Shown here: piece by piece, positions 24,281 through 40,560 of the stretch
Numbering within the stretch: the stretch's first letter is position 1
Layout of the letters: each line of letters opens with the position of its first letter
Source: the human T2T-CHM13v2.0 reference genome, Homo sapiens
Reading direction: 5' to 3' (one strand)
Length of the DNA: 64,000 bases
NCBI RefSeq assembly: GCF_009914755.1
Contig: NC_060932.1
Made by a program: the position numbers and the translations under genes
The notes under the pieces: generated by a model
Told to the model about the DNA's origin: nothing
What the model saw: only the letters and a program-made list of their open reading frames with translations
The model's database searches: none

Positions 24281-26016
24281 TCTTTGAATTTTTTAAACTG
24301 AAGTTTAATTGCCTTTGAGTTTGATCATTCACTATTTGTCATTTGTATTTCTTTTGTTAATTATCTGCTCAAGCTCTAATTTCATAATGGAAATTTAATG
24401 GATTAACATATAACACCCACTATCACCTGCCTGAGTTTGGAATCAATTGCATTGAACAAGAGTCAAGTATTCTGGGGTCAAAATGTGAGCTTCATTAGTG
24501 ACAAAGCTGTTTAGAGCACATGGCTTAGCTATGTAGGCAGGTGGGCTTGCTAAAACTTTGCCTATACAGGAGACAGATATTTATTCACCGAGTTCCTTCA
24601 TAGCTGGGCCATTGCTGGCCACCCTGGACAGGGGCAGGGCCTTTAGACTAAGATAACTGCCTGGCCCCAGAGAACAGGAGAATGCACCCTCACTGGTGTT
24701 GAGCATAACTCAAGGAAGAAACCCTAAGGAGCTGAGCCAAGCTCATTATTAAATATCACACACCTTTTCTCATGGACAACCATAAGTAAAGAATGGAAAC
24801 AGTGGCCAGGAGTGTTTCCCTGGGAAAGTAGCTCCCCAAGAAAACATGAGTGTTGAGAAAAACATGGTTTCCCAGTGATTAAAATAGTGGATTGGCACTC
24901 CACTTCCTTTGGAGTGTCTTCCTGGGGTGCAGGATGTAGATATCTAAATACTACATGGTACAAACAATTGTACAGCTGGGGCCCTGGATATGATTTGGGT
25001 TAGATGCACTTGTCTGCAATGTGGAAGGTGGCAATGGAGTGGAGCCCATTTCTGCTGCTGCTTCTCTTTCTGTGGGCACCATTCTGGGCAGGTCTGATTT
25101 TTTTTTCCAGTTGCTTCTTGACCATACATGGGTGGCATAGGCCTCAAGCCCGTATCCGTACGGACAGTTTCCTGATTTAATAGATGCCTTCCTTGTCTTT
25201 CTGGCTTCCTATTTATGGAAGAGCAAGTGCAGACCCTGCAGGTGGAGCACCAGCTTCTCAATTCATCAGGAGGTTTTCAGGTCAAAAATGAGGCAGTGGC
25301 TCCTGGGTGACCAAGTTCTCTGAGGTAGTCCTGAGAGTTCAACCAAGAGGCAGCTTCCTCAGCCTCTCTATTGATCCCAAAAGCCATTTAGTAAATAGCA
25401 TTTGATTCATATCTGCTTAGAGAACCTAGACTGAATTCTGATATCTGCAAAACTGAGCCCTAATTTTTGAACTCTCAACATTAGTTATTATCAATAATGA
25501 TTTAAAATAAGCATAATAATATCAGGACCACTACAAAATTTTCACTATGTGCTAAATATAATGCAATATATATTATTTCGTGCAATTCTCAGAAGAATCC
25601 TATGAGATTAATAACTCTTGTTATTCCTATTAGTAAGACGTAGATTATGTCAGATGCTCAGGGTCTGCTAGGTAGTGAAGAGCAAAACCAGACCTAGATT
25701 TCAGATCTGTCCGCACCTGCAGTCTGGGTCTTGATCCACTGCTAGGTGTTTGGCTCTTTCTAGTGACACACAAACATGTCCAGATTTCTTTTAAAAAAGA
25801 TTTTGCTTGTTTGCAAATATCTGGAAAGGCCTTTCCCCCCATCAAATGCATGCTGTTGTTCAAGGCAAATCTCTATCATTCTACACCAGCCAGGCCTCAG
25901 CACAAACAGACAACAGTCCCCTGAGTCCCTCACCAAATATTCTGGAAAGGAAGAAAAGAGGAAACGAAATACAGAGTGATGGAAGAAAGGGTGGAAAGAA
26001 TTTAGTAGAACTGTTG

Positions 26017-26490
26017 TGTTAGAAATTCTGTTACCAGTTTAGCACCATTTCTACTCCTTTTTATTCTCTATTTCACAAGGGGCTGGAAGCCTGGGAGCTA
26101 CATTTCCCAGAATTCTTTGTCACCAGAGTTATGCTATAGATTTTGCCAGTAGATGCTGGAAAAGGTGAGAGACAGGAGCCATATTATTGTTTCTCTTTGT
26201 CAGTCAAATATATGCACAGATGTTAGCACATGAGAGATTTTACAGAAATCTCCTTTCTCCTACAGATCACTTGCTTTATTGCTGCAAGCAGATATAATCA
26301 TTGGTGACAGTTTCCTACAGTTTCAAATTATTTGATAGCTGTGATTAAAACTGAGTGTCAGCAGCTTTTCCTGACCTTTGCTCCTCCAGTACTTTCAGTC
26401 ACTTTATATGTGACTAATTCTCTGTTTTAAGCTACTTTACATGTGAAATACCTGGAGACATCTCTGTTTTCATGAAGGATGGATCAGTGT
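26017..26490 (+). mobile_element. LTR33-like ERVL LTR
   Basis: gggctggaagcctgggagctacatttcccaga and tgaaatacctggag...tctgttttc motifs; boundaries approximate. Confidence 0.6.
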
Positions 26491-27198
26491 TATCTTCCCA
26501 GGTTTATCACCAGACTTACCACTGCAATGGGGATCAGGGCTTCAACATATGAATTTGAGAGATGACACAAACATTCGGTCCATGACCCTTGCTTTCTGTG
26601 TTCCTAGCTCTGCCCTGGAGCTGGGCATTTCCTCCCTCTGGGCCTCAGTTTCCTCACATATTAGATGAGGGGGTGGACTTAGCTGAATCTGAAGTCCTTT
26701 CCAGCTCTCACATGCTTTGAGCCTATAAAACACCATTCACACTAGAAAAGTGTCTTCATGCCTCTCTCTCTCTCTGTCTCTCTCTCCTAACATCCCAAGG
26801 CCAAAGGGGTTTCATTTATCTGGCAATAGCAGGTTCCACACTGAGGAACAATTTTTACTGGTGAAATTGTATCGAGAACCGTGAAAAAGAAGTGAACATC
26901 ACATACACTCAAAGGTGCCAGTTCATCCCGATTCCATTTCCCCCAGAAATTGACCTAATGTCCAAAACCATTTCAGTTAATGGCTACATGTCTATTGCTT
27001 GCTCTCCAGCGAAAGCAAATAACGATCCCTGGATTTGTTCTTAACTGAGTCCTGAAAGGTCTGAACAGGCCCAGGCAAAACATCGGAGTAACTGTGGAAA
27101 ACTGCATTGCTAATAACTTACTTTCATTGCAGGAAGAATGCAGCATGAGAGAGGAAACAGAGCCCTGTGGCTTTCCTGGACTAGATTCAAGTCCTGCT

Positions 27199-27574
27199 AT
27201 CGTAGTCACCTCAGGCTGCCATAAAAAAATATCAAAGACTGGGAGCCTTAAACAGCAGATACTTATTTCTCACAGTGTTGGAGTCTTCAAAGTTCAAGAT
27301 CAAGGTATAGGCAGCTTTGGTTCCTGGTGAGGGTCCACTTCCTGGCTTACAGATGGTTGCCTTCTTGCTGTGTCCTCGATACGGTGGAAAGAGAGGGAGC
27401 CCAGGTCTCTTGTCCTCTTCCTGTAAGAATACCAAGCCCATCGTGAGGCCCCCACAATCACGACCTCATCTAAATCTAGTTACCTCCCAAAGGCCTCGCC
27501 TCTAAATACCACTGCTTTGGGGATTAGAGCTTCATGTGAATTTGGGAGGTGATGCAAACAATGGGTCCATGGCA
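27199..27574 (-). mobile_element. MLT1A-type solo LTR
   Basis: ggctgccataa...ttatttctcacag...caagatcaagg...ttacctcccaaaggcc...tgaatttggg. Confidence 0.8.
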
Positions 27575-27853
27575 CTTGCTTCTCTCCTCCTAACTGTGCC
27601 TCAGTTTACATGTCACTTCTTCAAGGAGTCTTTCTAGAACATCTCCTTCATTCTAATCTCAAAACCCTTGTATTTTCCTTATGTTATTTCTTACAACATA
27701 ACTGTTTCCTGGGTGATAGTATTTATGTAGCTCCCTCAACAGGACGTAAGCTCCATGAAGGCAAGAGCATGTACATCTCATGAAGATTGTCACCCAGAAC
27801 CCGATACAATGGGGCACAGTGGTGTTTATTAAATCTAAGATAAAGAGTTAATA

Positions 27854-28712
27854 GCCCAGCGTGACCGACGCAGAAGACGGGTGATTTCTGCATTTCCATC
27901 TGAGGTACCGGGTTCATCTCACTAGGGAGTGCCAGACAGTGGGCGCAGGCCAGTGGGTGTGCACACGGTGAGCGAGCCGAAGCAGGGCGAGGCATTGCCT
28001 CACCTGGGAAGCACAAGGGGTCAGGGAGTTCCCTTTCCGAGTCAAAGAAAGGGGTGACGGACGCACCTGGAAAATCGGGTCACTCCCACCCGAGTATTGC
28101 GCTTTTCAGACCACCTTAAAAAACGGCGCACCACGAGACTATATCCCACACCTGGCTCGGAGGGTCCTACGCCCACGGAATCTCGCTGATTGCTAGCACA
28201 GCAGTCTGAGATCAAACTGCAAGGCGGCAGCGAGGCTGGGGGAGGGGCGCCCGCCATTGCCCAGGCTTGCTTATGTAATCAAAGCAGCCAGGAAGCTCGA
28301 ACTGGGTGGAGCCCACCACAGCTCAAGGAGGCCTGCCTGCCTCTGTAGCCTCCACCTCTGGGGGCAGGGCACAGACAAACAAAAAGACAGCAGTAACCTC
28401 TGCAGACTTAAATGTCCCTGTCTGACAGCTTTGAAGGGAGTAGTGGTTCTCCCAGCATGCAGCTGGAGATCTGAGAACGGGCAGACTGCCTCCTCAAGTG
28501 GGTCCCTGACCCCTGACCCCCGAGCAGCCTAACTGGGGGGCACCCCCCAGCAGGGGTACACTGACACCTCACACGGCAGGGTATTCCAACAGACCAGCAG
28601 CTGAGGGTCCTGTCTGTTAGAAGGAAAACTAACAAACAGAAAGGACATCCTCACCAAAAACCCATCTGTACATCACCATCATCAAAGACCAAAAGTAGAT
28701 AAAACCACAAAG
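27854..28712. promoter_or_regulatory. L1 5'UTR CpG-rich internal sense promoter and antisense promoter; YY1 site absent
   Basis: High CpG density at about 27860-28260; the consensus start gggggaggagccaagatggccg is not present. Confidence 0.85.
28042..28257 (-). CDS. ORF0: L1 ORF0 (primate antisense ORF in the 5'UTR), intact, 71 aa
   Basis: MAGAPPPASLPPCSLISDCCASNQRDSVGVGPSEPG...RCVRHPFL matches the known 71-aa ORF0. Confidence 0.9.
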   Translation of the reverse strand: MAGAPPPASLPPCSLISDCCASNQRDSVGVGPSEPGVGYSLVVRRFLRWSEKRNTRVGVTRFSRCVRHPFL

Positions 28713-29699
28713 ATGGGGAAAAAACAGAACAGAAAAACTGGAAGCTCTAAAAATCAGAGCGCCTCTCCTCCTCCAAAGGAATGCAGCTCCTCACCAGCAA
28801 CAGAACAAAGCTGGATGGAGAATGACTTTGACGAGCTGAGAGAAGAAGGCTTCAGACAATCAAATTACTCTGAGCTATGGGAGGACATTCAAACCAAAGG
28901 CAAAGAAGTTGAAAACTTTGAAAAAAATTTAGAAGAATGTATAACTAGAATAACCAATACAGAGAAGTGCTTAAAGGAGCTGATGGAGCTGAAAACCAAG
29001 GCTCGAGAACTACGTGAAGAATGCAGAAGCCTCAGGAGCCGATGTGATCAGCTGGAAGAAAGGGTATCAGCAATGGAAGATGAAATGAATGAAATGAAGC
29101 GAGAAGGGAAGTTTAGAGAAAAAAGAATAAGAAGAAATGAGCAAAGCCTCCAAGAAATATGGGACTATGTGAAAAGACCAAATCTACGCCTGATTGGTGT
29201 ACCTGAAAGTGATGGGGAGAATGGAACCAAGTTGGAAAACACTCTGCAGGATATTATCCAGGAGAACTTCCCCAATCTAGCAAGGCAGGCCAACGTTCAG
29301 ATTCAGGAAATACAGAGAACGCCACAAAGATACTCCTCGAGAAGAGCAACTCCAAGACACATAATTGTCAGATTCACCAAAGTTGAAATGAAGGAAAAAA
29401 TGTTAAGGGCAGCCAGAGAGAAAGGTCGGGTTACCCTCAAAGGGAAGCCCATCAGACTAACAGCAGATCTCTCGGCAGAAACCCTACAAGCCAGAAGAGA
29501 GTGGGGGCCAATATTCAACATTCTTAAAGAAAAGAATTTTCAACCCAGAATTTCATATCCAGCCAAGCTAAGCTTCATAAGTGAAGGAGAAATAAAATAC
29601 TTTACAGACAAGCAAATGCTGAGAGATTTTGTCAACACCAGACCTCCCCTAAAAGAGCTCCTGAAGGAAGCGCTAAACATGGAAAGGAACAACCAGTAG
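28713..29699 (+). CDS. ORF1: L1 ORF1p RNA-binding chaperone, 328 aa (premature stop Y329*)
   Basis: MGKKQNRKTG start; coiled coil; REKG, ARR and YPAKLS motifs intact; TAG at 29697-29699, with the ancestral QPLQNHAKM* still readable to 29729. Confidence 0.95.
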   Translation: MGKKQNRKTGSSKNQSASPPPKECSSSPATEQSWMENDFDELREEGFRQSNYSELWEDIQTKGKEVENFEKNLEECITRITNTEKCLKELMELKTKARELREECRSLRSRCDQLEERVSAMEDEMNEMKREGKFREKRIRRNEQSLQEIWDYVKRPNLRLIGVPESDGENGTKLENTLQDIIQENFPNLARQANVQIQEIQRTPQRYSSRRATPRHIIVRFTKVEMKEKMLRAAREKGRVTLKGKPIRLTADLSAETLQARREWGPIFNILKEKNFQPRISYPAKLSFISEGEIKYFTDKQMLRDFVNTRPPLKELLKEALNMERNNQ

Positions 29700-29765
29700 C
29701 AGCCGCTGCAAAATCATGCCAAAATGTAAAGACCATCGAGACTAGGAAGAAACTGCATTAACTAA

Positions 29766-33617
<3,852 letters not shown>

Positions 33618-35134
33618 ACAATGAGATCACATGGACACAGGAAGGGGAATATCACACTCTGGGGACTGTGGTGGGGTGGGGGGAGGGGGGAGGGATAGCA
33701 TTGGGAGATATACCTAATGCTAGATGACGAGTTAGTGGGTGCAGCGCACCAGCATGGCACATGTATACATATGTAACTAACCTGCACAATGTGCACATGT
33801 ACCCTAAAACTTAAAGTATAAAAAAAAAAGAGTTAATAAATCTAAGATAAAGAGATAAAGAGTCAAATAAAGCTTTGAATAATGTGGTTAACCTTTATGA
33901 GCCTCATTTTCCTTTACAATAGCTACCTCACACTGCTGTGATGAAGGTTACATGCAGAAATGTACGTGGAAAGGATTAATTAGCAATTCGAAGGGCAGCC
34001 TGCGGTAGGGGAAGGTCTAGTTCTTTGAAGACAAGTAGACTTGGTTTTAATTCCTGCTGCTCACTGACAGCAGTGTGACCTCAGTAAGTGCGTTTAATAT
34101 CTCTGAGGCACTGCTTATTTTGTCTATAAAATGGGAACATTAGTGCGTAATTCACAGCATCACTGTCAGGGCACAATGTAATACCTAGCCCTGCACCTGG
34201 TTCATAGAGGTGCTCTGTGAACATTTGCTCTTGCTGGTAGAGGCAAGCCACACACATGTGCAAGCATTAATCTCATCTCAGAAGGGAGCACCGGGCTTGT
34301 TATTAGACTCAGAAGGTGCAGGTCTTTCCTCAGCTTCCCACATAAATGGAAACACCCTCCAGCATCCCAGCTGTCCCCATTTGCTGGCAATGTTGTGGCT
34401 TCCTTAGGAAAAAAAACAAGGCAGGATTGTCGCGTTGCCTCCATTAATCTGCTTTGGCAGTCGGAGTACCGTGGTGTTCCCAGGACCAGCACAGTGATTC
34501 ATGTGTCAGCACTAGCAAGGGGGCTAAACCTGGCAGTAATAAAAATGTGACAAGCTCTCACCCCTGCAGCGAGGGGTGTTTAAAAACAAAACTCCTACAT
34601 ATCTTCTTGAGGTGCAGGCGCTGCTATTTCATCATTTATGTGACAAAAAGAAAAGCTCTCTTGCAGAGGATGAAAGGAATGTGCCAAGACTTCAATATTC
34701 CCTCATCTGACCGCTAAGATCCCCTCAATCTTGAAATTCCCTAAGTCCAATAACTCCGTGCCAGGTCGTTTTAGGGGTCCATTGCTTGCCCTTTCTCACT
34801 CCTGCTGTCTTTGTTTCCTCTCCCACAGTAGAAACCCACCTGCTCCAGAAACCATGGTCCTACTACTGACCATATGCTGAACTCACAGTCGTGCTTTTCT
34901 TTGCAACACTCTGTCATTGGCATTAACTTCAATTTGCAAGTCAAGATATAGGAGCCTAGAGATGCGAAGCAACATGCCAGGGTTCAGAGCCACTAGGTAG
35001 TGCAGCCAGGCTTGAACCAAGGACTGTCAGTTCCATACTCTAGTAACCATTATGCTAAATTCCTGCCTATAGTAGTTGACCCAGTCATGGGACCCATGCC
35101 TTAGGATCATTCACTGGGTTTTCTGGCATTGTTC

Positions 35135-35365
35135 AAAGCATGGAACTGGAGTCATACTGCCTGGATTCACTTCCTGATTCTGCTACATACAAGCTGGGCA
35201 AACTTAGTGAGCTTCTTAAACTCTCTAAGCTTCATTTTCCTCCAATTCAAAAACCCAACTTCACCAAGATAAAATGCAGATTAAATAAGATAGTGCATAT
35301 GAATGGCTCAACACAGTGCCTGCCATATAGTACTTATAGTACTATAGTAAGTGCCAGCTGTTTTA
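35135..35365 (+). mobile_element. MIR SINE
   Basis: ggagtcatactgcctggattc...ctctctaagcttcattttcc...aacacagtgcctgccatatagta. Confidence 0.72.
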
Positions 35366-36249
35366 CTCAGCTTTATTTTACTTGACTTAAGTACTTAGTA
35401 AGTGCCAGATATTTTATTATGTCACTGTATTATTGTGTCATCATTATTTAATCTTCTCCCTTTTCCAAATTCCAATTAATTAACCCATCCAAGCTTTTTT
35501 CCCCTCTCAGCTGTCATAATGCAGAGAACTTAGTTTAGGAATGCCCCATTCAAATGCAGTTTATTTCTGGAATGGAAGAATTGCCCACTCACCCAGTCAT
35601 TGTAGAGGTTTGTCAGGCTCCCCTGGAGGCCACACAGTGGATTAGAACATTATGGAGTTTGCAGCTGGACAGAGCTAGTTTTGACTCTGACTCTGCATTC
35701 AGCAGGGAGGAAGCCTTTAGCCTTTCTGAACCACAGTTACTCCATTTATAAAATTTACTCATTTAACAGATTTTATTCTTATTGGGAACAACATTAAATG
35801 CAAAATGCTGAACAACATAGAGATCCCTTCCTCAAGAACTGTACAGTCTGACAGGAAATGCCTCCTTTGAATGCTGGCTGAGAGGATCAGGAAACACGTC
35901 CACCTCACCCATAGCAGGTTCTCAAAGCAGAGTAGTTACACTTTTTAACTGTTTAAATCATCTACACCCACAGAGCCAGGGTCGTCCTGGAATTAGCTCA
36001 CTGTGCCACTATGGTTTTCCACCATGCCATCTCTGACCTCACCTCCATACTATCATGCATCACATTATATATTTAATTATATGTATAGCTGTCACTAGTT
36101 TTTCAATGTTTGCCATATGTCAGAAGTTGTCCTAAACAACATGGCACAAATCAATTCTCTCTTCCCCTTTTTTTCTTTTTTTGGGGGGAAGAAGCATTTG
36201 GAAGTTTATTGCCAAATAGCTTCAGTAGCTCAGGCTTTTTGTAGCAATT

Positions 36250-38385
36250 ATCTTTTTTTTTCTTTAAACACTTATTATGGTAAAAACACATAACATTACA
36301 TTTATCATCTTAACAATGTTTAATGTACAGTTCAATAGTATTTAAGTATATTCTCATCGTTGTACAACAGATCTCTGGCACTTTTCATCTTGCAAAACTG
36401 AACTCTATATTCATTAAGCACTAATTTCTATTCCTCCCTCTCAGTCCTTGACAAACACCTCTCTACTTCTGTTGCTATTATTTTGACTACTTTGGGTACT
36501 CCATATGAGTGGGATCCTATGGTATCTGTTCTTTTGTGACTAGTTTATTTTACTTTGCGTAATGTCCTTAAGGTTCATCCCTGTTGTTAGCATGTGGCAG
36601 GATTGCCTTCTTTTCAAAGCCTGCATCGTATTCCATTATAGGTATAAACCATATTTTCTTTTTCTAACTTTTTTATTTGCATAAATTTAGCGGTTACAAG
36701 TGCAATTTTGTTACCTGGATATAATCGTGGTGGTGAAATGTGGGCTCTTAGTGTAACTATCACCTGCACATTGTACCCTTTAAGTAACTGCTCATTCCTC
36801 ACCCTCCTCCCACCTGCCTTCCCTTTTGAGTCCTCAATGTCTGTCAGTCCACACTCTATTTCTATGTGTGCACACTATTTAGCTGCCACTTATAAGTGAG
36901 AATATGAGGTATTTGGCTTTCTGTTTGACTTATTTCACGTAAGTTAATGGCTTCGGTTTCATCCACGTTGCTGTAAAAGACATAATTTCATTCATTCCAT
37001 GGCTGAGTTGTACTCCATTGTGTGTGTATCATACTCCATTTATCTAATCATCTCTTGATGGACACAGATTGATTCCATATCTTTACTATTGTGAATAGTG
37101 TTGCTATAAACATACAAGTGCGGGTATATTTTGCTATAATGATTTCTTCCCCTTTGGGAAGATACCCAGTAGTGAGATTGCTGGATTGAACGGGAATTCT
37201 ATTTTTGTTTTTTTGAGAAATCCCCATATTGTTTTCCATAGAGGTTGTGCCATAGAGGCATACTAACTTACCTTCCCACCAACCATGTATCCTTGCCAAT
37301 ATCTGTAATTTTTTTCACTTTTTAGTAACAGCCATCCTGACTGCTATAAGATGATATTTTCCCACTGTGATTTTAATTTGCATTTCTCTGATGATTAATG
37401 ATGTTGACCATTTTTTAAATATGCTTGTTCACCATTTGTATGTCTTCTTTTGAAAAAGTTTTGTTCATGTTCTTTGCCCACTTTTGATGCGGTTATTTGT
37501 ATTGTTGTTGAGATCTCTGAATTTCTTGTAGATGCTAGATGTAAGTCCCTTGTCAGATGCATAGTTTCAAATATTTTCACCTATCCTGCAAGTTGTCCAT
37601 TTGCTATGCAGAAGCTTTTTAGTTTAGTTAAGTCCCATTTGTCTATTTTTGTTTTGTTGCATTTGCCTTTGAGGTCTTAGTAATGAATTCTTTGCCTAGG
37701 CCAATGTATCCAAAAGAATTTTTCCTAGAGTTCCTTCCACTATTTTTATAGTTTCAGGTCATACAAATGTATGGATTAAGTCTTAAATCCATCTTGAGTT
37801 AATTTTTGTATATGGCAAGAGATAGGAGTCCAGCTTTATTCTTCTGCATATGGCAATCCAATTTTCTCAGCACCATTTATTGAATGGGGTGTCCTTTTGC
37901 CAGTGTTTGTTTTTGTCAAATTTGTCAAAGATCAGTTGGCTGTAGGTATGTAGGTGTATTTCTGGTTTCTCTATTCTGTTCCATTGATCTATGTATCTAT
38001 TTTTATAAAAGTACCCTGCTGTTTTGATTACTATAGCCTTGTGGTATAATTTGAAGTCAGGTGATGGGATGCTTAGAGCTTTGGTCTCTTTGCTTAGGGT
38101 TGCTTTGGACATTCAGGCTCTTTTTTTGTTCCATCCAAGGTTTTGGATTCTATTTTCTAATTCTGTGACAAATGACATTGGAATTTTGATAGAAATTGGA
38201 TTGAATGTGTAGATTCCTTTAGGCAGTATGGTCATTTTAATGATATTGACTCTTCCAATGTATTAATATGGGATGCTTTTCCATTTGTTTGTGTTATCTA
38301 TGATTTCTTTCAACATATACCACATTTTCTTTATCCATTCATCCATTAGTGAACATTTGGATTGTTTTCCTATCTTGGCTATTAA
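36250..38385 (-). mobile_element. Old L1M (L1MA/MB) 3' fragment split by a nested L1PB
   Basis: L1M 3'UTR at 36250-36660 resumes at about 38316 (ataccacattttctttatccattcatcc). Confidence 0.75.
36661..38315 (-). mobile_element. L1PB4-like 5'-truncated LINE (3'UTR plus ORF2 C-terminal remnants)
   Basis: ORF2 remnant [31 protein letters not shown] (37867-38112); TSD-like acca(t/c)attttcttt on both sides. Confidence 0.85.
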
Positions 38386-40339
38386 ATTCACTTATTCTTT
38401 TTGACCATTTTACAAATGAGTAAATTGAGGCATTAAAGGAGAATTCACTTGTTCAAAGTTACATACAAGTAGCAGAAACAGGCATTCTGGCCTCAGAGCC
38501 TATGATTTTAACTGCTATGCTATAAGGTATCAAAAATACAAAAAAAACTATTGAGGGTTTTCTATTCGGAAGAGGCACTGCTCTAAGTGTGTTACTTCTA
38601 TTGATTCATTCATTTTCCATCACTAAGACTGAGGCCAACATATAACCTCCTTATCTAGCACAGTGCTCTGTGTATAGTGTTCAATACACATGCATGTGAT
38701 GCATTAATGAATAAATGGATAAATATTTCACTAGAGCATGACGAAAGTATGGGATTAGCCAGGAAATAATGAATAATTTTATCTACAGAGATCAGGTAAA
38801 ACTTTAAAGGGGCATATTATTTGCAATGGACTTTGAAGGGCGAATAAGAGCTCACTGATCAGAGATGAGAGGATGGAACTTCCAGACAGAAGGAATAAAA
38901 TGAGCAAAGTTATCTGCCAAGAACATTATGGGTCAATCTGCCTGCTGCACTCAATTTTTCCTTCTAGCTTGTGGTCTCATCCTCATAGCCCCTAGAAGGG
39001 GAAATCATATGACTGCGTAAATCTGGCCCTATGAGCAAAAGTGTCTGAAATCCATAGACCCATGCCTAACCCAATAGGCTGAGTGCAATCAATTGATATC
39101 CTCTTGAAAATTTTGACTAAAAGACTCTGAAATTGAATCAGAATGTGGAAAATGCAAAAACTAACAGGTAACATACGCTTGGCACTGGACAGTTAGCCAC
39201 TGGCATACTAATGAGTTGGCAGAGAAAGATGCACAAAAAGAGAAGTTGGAGAATGCTGGGGTTGGGGGTGGGGGCGGAATGCAGAGATACAAAAATGTGG
39301 AAACATGTGATCCTGGAGAGAGGCAGAAATATCTGTGTCTACCTTTTCAGTTCCCAAGACCATGTGGTCAAATGTATGTTGCTTTCTGCCTTTGACATTC
39401 ATGAGCTTGCTATCCTCCTAATATCCCCCGACCCTTGACTTAGGATAGCTTTAAAGATTTTTGGTTGCCAAGAACACCAACCAGAATCACAGGGAATGGA
39501 GCACAAAAATCATATAAATACTGTGCTCTGGGAATCATGAGTCATTTGGTTTGGCTAAAGTGATGGATAGGTTCAGTAGTATTCAGTTTAACAAACATTC
39601 ATTGCATAGCCACTATGGATCAGATACTTAATTAGTTACTAGGCCAGCAATAAGTCTATCAGAGAACCTGGATGTCCTGTTGTAAAGAAGCATAAATTTA
39701 TTGCATTCTCCTATTTGTACTTCTTGCTCCAGCAGCAAAACCTTGGAACTCATTGTTTCAGCGCTGCCTTTCCCCATCTGTGCAGGATCCCTCAACCTGA
39801 GTTGTCCACACCAGACCTGCTGACTCAGGCAATGTCCCATGGCAAACTCTATTTATCTAAACAACTTCTGTGTGTTGATGGAATTATTAAGCTATATGAA
39901 GTTCAGAGCTAGAACAGACCTTAGGGACACTCATTCATCTTCCTCATGTGCAGATAAGGAAGTTGAAGTCAAGTCAGGTAGAGTTACCTTCCCAAGGTCT
40001 ACCATTTATGAGTGCCCAGCTGCATAATGGACCTGGGTCTTCAATGGGGTGGATTTTTAATGGTAGAAATTTCACAAGAACAGGTAACTTCTGAAAGCTT
40101 CTGAACATATGTCACAAAATAAAGCATTTACATTGTTCTTGCTAGTCATGGAAATTGCAACTCTCTGCTCTCATGAGGACATGATGTTAGATTCATTGTT
40201 CCATGATCCTCTAAGCTCATCTCAGAAATAAGTCATGAGTTTTGATTGCCCTCTACTTTGGAAGGAGACAGGATGAATGTCAAATCCCATGATTTTCTAG
40301 TTTCCAAGAAACTTTGAAACTGGTCATTTTTTATACACA

Positions 40340-40560
40340 GTAAGGTTTTCCTCCACAGCATCCCTAACAGGTACATATCCAGCCTCTGCTTGGATGTCTT
40401 TAAAAATGAAGAGTTTACTACTTCTTGAGACCTCCGGCTTAAACAACACCCAGGCATAATTTCCCCATTCTGTATGCCCCAACCTTATATGCCCATTACA
40501 ACATTCAGATGATTAGAAATCACCTCCTGGCATAGAGCTGTGATTTCTCTCCCTGAAAAA
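40340..40560. mobile_element. L3/CR1 fragment containing a 46-bp insertion
   Basis: cagcatccctaacagg...atccagcctctgcttggat...gagtttactacttcttga resembles L3; boundaries approximate. Confidence 0.5.

Noticed and set aside
33660-33695. G-quadruplex-forming tract
   Set aside because: Real, but it is the standard L1 3'UTR G-rich tract and not specific to this locus.
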